Source: Zygophlyctis sp. KS116 (Eukaryota; Fungi; Chytridiomycota). Taken from it: DNA of 32,000 nt. The position numbers and the translations under genes were made by a program. The notes under the pieces are model-generated. The model did no database searches, was not told the DNA's origin, and saw only the letters and a list, made by a program, of their open reading frames with translations. Of the stretch, positions 23,826 to 32,000 are shown piece after piece. The stretch lies in NCBI GenBank assembly GCA_054661495.1, contig BAAFSQ010000087.1, forward strand, positions 1 to 32,000, given 5' to 3'. The first letter of the stretch is position 1, and every line of letters begins with the position of its first letter.

Positions 23826-23847
23826 ATACAGCCAACATACAGCCAAC
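23826..23847. repeat. Perfect 11-nt tandem duplication
   Basis: ATACAGCCAAC x2 in the 67-nt spacer between the GH31 stop and the TMEM70-like start. Confidence 0.8.
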
Positions 23848-23849
23848 AC

Positions 23850-26083
23850 CTAAATATTTAATGACTGGCAAAAAGTAATGAACGAACGGAGCGTCTTGCG
23901 CTTAAGTTCAGAAGACTTTACAAATATTCCAGGTCGTCCTATGGGGGCATCAACAACTGCCCAGCCAAAATCGAATACTTTTTGATTCCAAATGTACGTC
24001 CAGGAATTAGGGCCTTTTGGAAGATATGCTTTTACTTGTGTTGCTCCTGAATCTAGTACAGGCGCAACTAAAATACAGTCCCCAAGCATAAATTGTGATT
24101 GAAGTAAGTAGCATTCTATTTGAAATTTATAAAATGAAATTACCTGGATCAGAAGGAAATTCAAAGAACATTGTCCGAATTAACGGGAATCCATAGTTGG
24201 AAGCTTCAACCATTAACTGTTTTTTATAGTTCTTTAAAGACTGGAAAAGTTTTCCACAAAATGATAAATGATTGAGGAGATCTTCATCAGAATAAAATTG
24301 CGAGTTTTCTTGAGGCATACTTCCTTCGTGAGTTCGGAAGACACATCCAAATGCACCTAATTCCATCCATCGAAGTAGCAATTCTTTAGATCGCTTATGT
24401 CCAAATTCTACTCCCATAACAGGAAGTGAAAATGTAGAATATCCACCGACATCAGTATGGTTCAAAGAAAATCCAGTCAATCCACTGGTTAGTAATCCCA
24501 TTAATCCTGCCTTTATACCATCATATGCATCCCAGCTCACTAATTGATCACCAGTCCAAAAAAGACTTGTCATGCCTGGTGAAGATGTAAAGCCAGATCG
24601 ATGGAATATTATTTTATCTTCTTGTCCAGCAACATCAAGTACCTCTTTCTGCAAACGAGACCATTCTTCCGCATAACGGTTATGATCAGCTGATGTGGCA
24701 ACTCCACTAAAAGTAATAGCCCCAGGAGGTAGAAACTCACCTAACATTTAAAAAATCAAATTACCAAAATCAGCCATATAACCTTTCACTCCACTATTGA
24801 AATGCCTTATTAAAATTTCTTTCATCCATTCAAATGCATTAGGATTAAATATATCCAGCAAACCAGCAGTGAAATTGGGCCCTGAAACAATTTTCAATGG
24901 GCCCTTTGTTTGCGAATCCTGGACAAGAAATCCACGTCTTTTTGCTTCGGCATAATAGTTTGCTGTAAAACTAGATTTACCGCCAGTATTTACATCTGCT
25001 AAAAATGTATTGATATAAGAAAGAACATTTATATTCCTTTCTTGCATTTCATTTACAAATGCATCCCAGTTTGGATATAATTCAGTATCAGCTTCCCAGT
25101 TCCACCATAACCTCTTCAAAGTTCGCCCAAGAATTGTCTGAACCCGTTTTCCACACCAATCCTGTAGCCAAATTCCACTCACAGGAATATCAGCCTTTAC
25201 ACTTTTTTCAACAATTTCCTTGACAACTGTCTCTCCTCCTTGAATTCCTAAAATGACACCATCCAAAGCCCAATCTGGTATTTTCTTCATCCTTCCACAA
25301 ATACTTGAATATTCCAGTAATATTTCCTTTGGATTTTTCCCAACTAGTATCCGTCCAGATACGTTCCTGCTACAAATTTTGATTTTGATATGATCTTTAT
25401 TAAAATCAAATTTAGAATAGCAATTATTTGAGATTAGTAAAGCCATATTCTTTGAAGTTGTATAATACGGAACAGCTTTATACATGGAAACATCATCCCC
25501 TCCAGCATATTCACCAAACAATCTATTAGTAAAAAAAGTCAATGGCTGCAATCCTCTTCCAACCCCATCTTCTCTAACAATGATTGGAATACTAAGTTTA
25601 AAATATATTATACCAACCTTAATCCTCTTAAATTCAAATGAGTGAATTGTTCTCCGGTGCCGTAAATAATATCTTCAGGATCAGATTCATAAGTCAATAT
25701 AGTTTTATAATCATTCTGATCAGAGAGTATCCTAATAGAAAATCCCATTTGCTGTTTAGATAAACGTATAAATTCCAAGGAAAAGGGAATTATATCCCCA
25801 GAGCCGGTCAAAATTCCCCTCGCAGACACTTTAGCGTCAGTCATGTTCAGATCGGTAATTTCCCATCCAGTAGTTAAATCATAGTCATGATCGGTCTTGT
25901 ATTATTAAACTTAATTACAATAGGGAACGTTCCATATCCCTTATGAAAATCATCCTTTCCAACGCAGGCCCGCACAAAGGGAATGGATGGAATAGAGCAT
26001 AGGAGTATCTGTGGCCCTTTAGCAATCAAAACATCGCTACCTCCAATGGAAATGTCAAATGGATCTAGAAAGAAATACTTCAT
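23850..26083 (-). CDS. GH31 glycoside hydrolase, sulfoquinovosidase (YihQ)-like, about 710 aa
   Basis: YGTGEQF, EDGVGRG, WLQDWCG, KRLWWNW, MADFG|E (nucleophile), WTGDQ (acid/base), HTDVGGYS, RSKELLLRW, RTHEG. Introns 25896-25918 (23), 25592-25617 (26), 24741-24764 (24), 24116-24143 (28). Confidence 0.88.
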
Positions 26084-26095
26084 ACTGCACCTAAC

Positions 26096-29000
26096 CTATA
26101 TTGAGGCTCTTCTACGTAAACTAAAACCAGAGACAGTTGGCGTCTCTTCTACTAAATTAAATAAAGATGTTAATGATCCATTATCCCTCCAAGACTCTAC
26201 TAGTGATTTTCCTGTTTCATAACCGGCCTGGAAAATATCACGGAACTTATCAAACTCCAAAGTTCCAAATTTCTGGACTTCAGGCTGAACGTAAAAACAA
26301 CCATCAAGATTTTGAACGTCTTCAAGTTGCTTTACAGAAGATACATATGCTAATCTAGACTGAATTTCAGCAAGCTGAGGAATATTCTTATAACCAAAAG
26401 GATTTAAAGAGTTGAAGAGAACCCACCATCCAGACAAAGAGTCACCATAAGAGACTGGTGAAGTGTCATCAACTAATATAAGGATATGAAAAATTACCAA
26501 TTCCAACATCAACTGCTATAATAGTTGCTGCGCCGTGATTTCTCATTATATCCCCAGGTAGATTGTTCACATATCCTCCGTCTAAAAGCATGCTACCGTT
26601 ATCACAGAGTGGCGGAAGATAGCCCGATAAAGACATTGATGCTCTAATGTATCTCCACATATATCCTGATGTATGGACTTCCATTTTTGACCAGGTAATA
26701 TTTGTTGTAACGGCAAAATAAGGAATCCAACAGTCTTCAATCAATGTGTCATGGAAACAAGTCCAAATCGCTCGATTAAATGCATGTCCTTTCAATTATT
26801 ATATCTTAAAATACCAGTAAATAAAGATGTGACTGGATATGTAATATCAAACATCTGTCTCCATTTAGACGTCATCTTGGAGCTGAATAATTTAACTCTT
26901 CCCCAAACAGATACGTAATCATTTTCACAAGCATATAGACCAGAGACAAATGCACCCATGCTCGTTCCACCCACCATATCAATCGGGATTCCAGACTCTT
27001 CCAAGGCCAAAATAACTCCAACGTGAGCTACTCCTCTAGCGCCACCGCCTCCCAAGACAAGGCCGACGGATTTGGATAATAAACGTCGGGCAAGTCTCGC
27101 AAAATCAGATCGCACGCCAGTAAAAATATTTGGTGATGCGCTCTTATGATTTTCTGAAAACCTACTATAATAACGAGAAAATTGGTCTTGTAGATTTGCA
27201 AATGTTGAAAACTTTTTATCATTTTCTGAATTGATTTTAACTGATGATCTAACAGGCATTTGAACATGATGATGGGCTAGCGGTTAATTTTGAAAACAAA
27301 TACCATGAATCCAAAGACGATTTTTTCTCCATGCAGTAGTTGAACCGGGGATACACCGTCGTTCAGAATGCAATAAAACCAATTCCTTCCTTGCAGTTGT
27401 TTTCATTCCAATTAATAGTCTTTCAAACTCTCCGATACCAGGATCCTCATCGCCTAGTCCGACTAAAAGAATGCAATCCGCCTGGCGTACGCAGCGCTGG
27501 GTCCATGGCGAATTCACACCTCCATCAGCAACATACATAACCAATCGATGAGTTTCCTCTTGCTCTGCAAGCCAAGATAGAAGTTTTAAACGTCCAATCC
27601 GAGTAAAGGCATGCTTACCAAGTTGAGTAGTGACATTTGCAGTATTCAGCAATGCAACAGTGGCGCCGATTAATTGAAGAGAGTCTTTCAATCTATTGGC
27701 AAATTCAAGGATGGGAATATCGTTAGTAACTGGCAAAATAGCCACGGTTTTGAGGTTAACGTTTTTAGCAGCAGAATCGATAATTCCAGAAACGGTTCCA
27801 TTCACAGAGTTCGAATCAGATTCTTTGTTGGAACGAGCAGCGATAATTCGCGCTATAGCTAGCGTAATTTCGGGATGCTCCAACGAAAGTGCATTAAAGA
27901 GAGTAGTTGGCATTATAGCTATTTCACTGTCTCTAATTGCATGAATAGTTGAAGAGCGAGGACTATTCGTGAGCACTTCCATTTCTCCTGCCGATTCACC
28001 CTGACCATATTCTCTAATCAGATCAATAGTAAGACGAACATACCCTAAAATTTCCAAGTTCATTTTCCCATCATTTTTCGTTCGCTCAGCGATGCTTCTA
28101 AGACGGCCAGTCAGAACAATGTAAATAGAATTTGAAATTTCACCCTGTCTGCATAGAACCTGGCCTGCATTGATTTGACCCCATTCAAGAGCGACGTCAA
28201 TATGCAATATTAAAGGGGGTAATTGCCTTACCAGCCTTTTCGCTAGAGATAGTAAAATAGAAGGATATTTTTCAACATGATGATCTAGCACTTCCTTTGA
28301 CATGAACCCAACACAACAGTCTGTCTTTGCCCGAATAGATACAAAAGATATGAAGCTTGTAACTGCAGCCAGATATCCAGCGATTCCACCTGATGAGATG
28401 TAAAATAATGATTTCTTTCTTTTTTCTTTACTAGAAGATGTTTGGTTCAAAATATCTGCTGGCATTTTCATTCCAGCCTCAAGAACACCTTCAATTACAA
28501 AGAATAAACCAGGTGATCGTTCTCCTTCCGCAATTAATTGAGCTCCTGCCGGGAAGAACAATATTTCCACGCCATCAGCCAAACTTGATGAACAGTCCGT
28601 CATGTTGGATCCGTATTCATTAGATGAAGCCCTAGAAAGCGTCTCTGTATTCGATTCGTCATCTGCAAAGTAGCCCATCCGTATCTGAGGAAATGTTACA
28701 CTTGAATTACGAGTCGAAGAGCTCCTCTTATTTATTTTTGGAAAATCTCGGGGAGTTCCAGGAGTTGAAGGTGGCTTTGATGATGTCACATTAGACAAGG
28801 GAGACGAGTTATACCCATTAATTCCAACAATATTCAAGTCTTGGATAGTAAAAGCCCCTATCAGCTGAAGCATCCAATCATTTACAGATTCCTTTAAAAC
28901 TTCAAGATCATTTGATATTTCCACCGAAGGCTGTTCCTTGAGCAATTCCATTTCAAAATTAACTTCTGTTGCATCCAGACAATTCAAATTGTATCGTGTA

Positions 29001-30179
29001 TATGATTCTTTTTGCTTTATACGTTCTGTAGCAGATTGCATATTTCTAAAAGTCACCATTAATTTTTCTAGATAATCCCTATTAAATTCTCGAGGAGCGA
29101 CAAATCTTGTTAAATCATGAATCATTTTTTCAATTTTCAAGAGCTCTTTTGAGAGCCCCAAATACTTGTATAAAGTCATAAATGTAACTCTTTGAAACCT
29201 AGCTAATATAACTTGAACAATATGTGCTGAAGCTGATGGAAATTTAATTGTTAAGTTTTGAAATGCCTTTGCAGGTATAACAGCCAGCGTCGTGTCAACT
29301 GAAGCTCTTGCTATTACATCCCTATGTACTGAAGAAAGTACTTCATCTTCCATGAGCTGATTATTAGTATATCCATCCTTAATAGGAGATTCTGATAAAC
29401 CAGTTCCTAAAAACGTTGTACTCTTTGACAAGACGAGATCCTCTGTAAATAGTGTTAAAATAGCAAATAAACTTGACACAGTCCCACCTGATACAACTTC
29501 ATTCAACAAATGATGACCATCCCATCCCAATTCCTGTTCCTTGAGATTATTAAAAGAATCAGAAAATTCTACATTAATCCCATCTTCTTTTTCTGCCTTT
29601 CCTTTTTGGCCTTTAACAAATACAGACACTTTTCCATCAATAACAATATAAAAATCTTTATCATCTTGGCCCAAATCAAATAAAATTTCCCCAGCCTTTA
29701 GCTTTCTAGTATGCAAATGCCTATAAGATTAAAAATCCAAAGTACCTTGCTAATTCGTGGAAAACCTTTTTATCCATATAACCAAATACCTTTATTGAAG
29801 ATAAAAACACACCCATAAAATCATCTGGATAGCCATTCTGAGAAGATTTATCTTCTGTAGTGTCCGGATGCAAGTCAAACGGAGCAGCATTAGAGTCGGT
29901 TAGCTTTGGCAGCCGTGCGTACGGATTCAGTAACCGATATCTAAACAGAATGTATAAACCAATGATAATCACAAGAAATATTAATAATAATTGCCATGTA
30001 TGAAATGTTAAAGTGAGCTGAAGAGTTGTATAACTGATTACTGTTAAAGGGACCTTGATGCCCAAGAATGATAAGTGGACAGTGTAGTAAACCAATTGCC
30101 TTATAAGCCAAATGCTCCAGCGAATGTAAAAAGTAGATTCCTCATCGGCAACAATGGCAGTACTTCCATCAACAATCAT
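26096..30179 (-). CDS. NTE1: Lysophospholipase NTE1 (neuropathy target esterase, PNPLA6/7 family), about 1316 aa
   Basis: N-terminal TMs, cNMP-binding-like domains, patatin GGGGARG, GTSMG, DGGY. Introns 29721-29745, 28014-28043, 27277-27303, 26789-26814, 26473-26497. Confidence 0.95.
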
Positions 30180-30209
30180 ACAAATAAATTTATTCTTATT
30201 CGTAGGCGT

Positions 30210-30847
30210 TTAATCTCCCAATATCGGCGGTCTATTTCCTGAATTCCTTTGTAATCTAATAATTAACCAATCCAATGCCTCTTGAACTCCAGTACCTTCC
30301 AATGCAGATATAGGTAAAACCTTTGAATCCCTCGCCGATAATAATTCTGCAATCTTATTGAATATACTTTGAATATCAGGAACCACAAGAGCACCAGGCA
30401 TATCCTGTTTATTTGCCAGCATTAAAATAGGAAGTCCTTCTACTTTTTCATTAATTAAAACCGATTCAAGAGCCTCCTGTACAGCTTGAATTCGATCACT
30501 ATCGGTAGAATCTACGACAAATATAATAGCATGGGCTTAAATTAGCAAATTAAATTAGAACTACCTTGATCATAATATTTCTCCCAAAGAGATCTTAATT
30601 CGGTCTGTCCTCCTAAATCCCAAAATTTAAGTCTTGTTCTAGAGTCAATGGCTATTTGTCCGATATTAAGTCCGACCGTTGGAACGGTATTAAATCTTTT
30701 GTTAGAGTTTTGCGCTGCTTGAAGAAATGTCTTTAATTAGATATTATAAACTACAGTTTTGCCAGCATTGTCTAGTCCTAAAATTGTAACATAATAGTCT
30801 TGTTTTGCGGTTAGCATTGTATATAGACCGCTTAATAATGTGTACAT
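30210..30847 (-). CDS. ARFRP1: Arf-related GTPase ARFRP1 (yeast Arl3), about 194 aa
   Basis: [10 protein letters not shown]-terminus, [29 protein letters not shown]. Introns 30731-30754 (24), 30536-30564 (29). Confidence 0.93.
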
Positions 30848-30852
30848 TTTGT

Positions 30853-32000
30853 ATGGCTGATAAAACCCTACGCTTTGAACCGGAAATGATCAAACGAGAG
30901 CCGCTCAAGAGATTCAGGAATTCTGGGATTCCAGAGTCGATAACTAGTAATGCAGCATTGAAAAAAGTTGTTCAGCAACTTCCTCAGCATTACAACTTTG
31001 AAATTTATAAATGCATTTGGCAGCTTGAATTAAAAAAAGCAAAGGTTGTGGCACTTCAGTTTCCGGAAGGACTATTAATGTTTTCGACAATGATTGCTGA
31101 TATTCTTCAAGAGTTTGCAAAGGTTAAAGTTTTGATTATGGGGGATGTTACTTATGGGGCTTGTTGCATTGATGATTTTACTGCAAAAGCATTGGGAGCC
31201 GATTTTTTAATTCATTATGGACATTCTTGGTAATTTACTTTATTAATTTCAAGTTTAGTTCCAATTAATACTACAATGATACAAACCATGTATGTTTTTG
31301 TGGATATTGGGATTGATATACAAAATGCATTGACAGCTATTTCTAGACACTTCCATAAGAATGAGAGGTTATCTCTAGTATCTACTATACAATTCTCAAA
31401 ATCTTTACAAGTTTTGGCGATAGAATTAAAAGCCATGGGATTCGAAAATATAACTCTTCCGCAAGAAAGACCGTTATCTCCAGGTGAAATATTGGGATGT
31501 ACATCTCCTCGTCTTTCAGGAGATACTGGAAAACTTTTGTATGTAGGGGATGGAAGATTTCATATAGAATCTATAATGATTTCTAATCCTACACTGGAAG
31601 CATACTGTTATGATCCGTATTCAAAGGTTTTATCAAGTCATGAATATGATCATGATCTAATGCAGTCTCAAAGGTCTGAAGCAATTTCTAAATCAATCTC
31701 TGGCAACAAATTTGGTCTAATTTTGGGTACATTGGGACGTCAGGGGAGTTTGACTATTTTTGAATTCTTACAATCTAGACTAAGAGAATTGGGTAAATCT
31801 GTAACTTTGGTCCTTTTGTCCGAAATATCACCATCTAAACTATCTAAATTCCAGGATATTGACGTATGGATACAAATTGCCTGTCCTCGATTATCTATAG
31901 ATTGGGGATATAGTTTTCTTCAACCTCTACTCTCTCCATATGAAGCATGTGTAGTTTTAAAAAGTGCCCAAATGTGGGAAAATGGAAATTATCCAATGGA
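30853..32000 (+). CDS. DPH1: Diphthamide biosynthesis protein Dph1 (3' partial)
   Basis: [30 protein letters not shown]|[35 protein letters not shown]. Intron 31230-31253 (24). Start may be 30838, 30853 or 30886. Confidence 0.95.

Noticed and set aside
25592-25613. 22-nt intron using the stronger-looking GTATAA donor
   Set aside because: Gives the wrong frame; only the GTTGGT donor at 25617 (26 nt) restores LRGLSIPIIVREDGVGR.
23850-26083. Bacterial contamination or chimeric assembly for the YihQ-like gene
   Set aside because: It has four introns of the host type and similar base composition.
238-31436. Short alternative-frame or antisense ORFs in the track (e.g. 238-567, 2591-2929, 7472-7765, 9296-9697, 13077-13349, 14406-14771, 16297-16539, 27696-27944, 31215-31436)
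   Set aside because: They overlap well-supported genes, often start at non-ATG codons and show no recognisable motifs.
1291-32000. Alternative genetic code, pseudogenes or programmed frameshifts to explain the fragmented ORFs
   Set aside because: Every break is resolved by a 22-31 nt GT-AG intron that restores conserved motifs; TAA, TAG and TGA all end genes normally.

Overview
Nuclear DNA from a very compact, AT-rich eukaryotic genome. It is most likely a zoosporic (chytrid-grade) fungus: fungal-type DBP7, BET4, SIZ1, NTE1 and IDO sit beside the cilium-associated gene ARMC9. The many short ORFs in the track are exons. Manual splicing gives 22 genes (DPH1 runs off the right edge) and 52 GT-AG introns of 22-31 nt (mean about 27), read in the standard code. 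All 52 introns end in TAG (41) or AAG (11), none in CAG. Intergenic gaps are mostly under 100 nt. They include 12-, 16- and 23-nt stop-to-start gaps between co-oriented genes, an ATGA overlap, a 14-nt convergent coding overlap and divergent starts as little as 5 nt apart. The most notable gene is an intron-containing GH31 sulfoquinovosidase (YihQ-like) with intact sulfonate-binding residues, next to lipid-deacylating enzymes. No rRNA, tRNA, CRISPR array or mobile element was recognised. All calls come from motif recognition by eye; no database searches were run.
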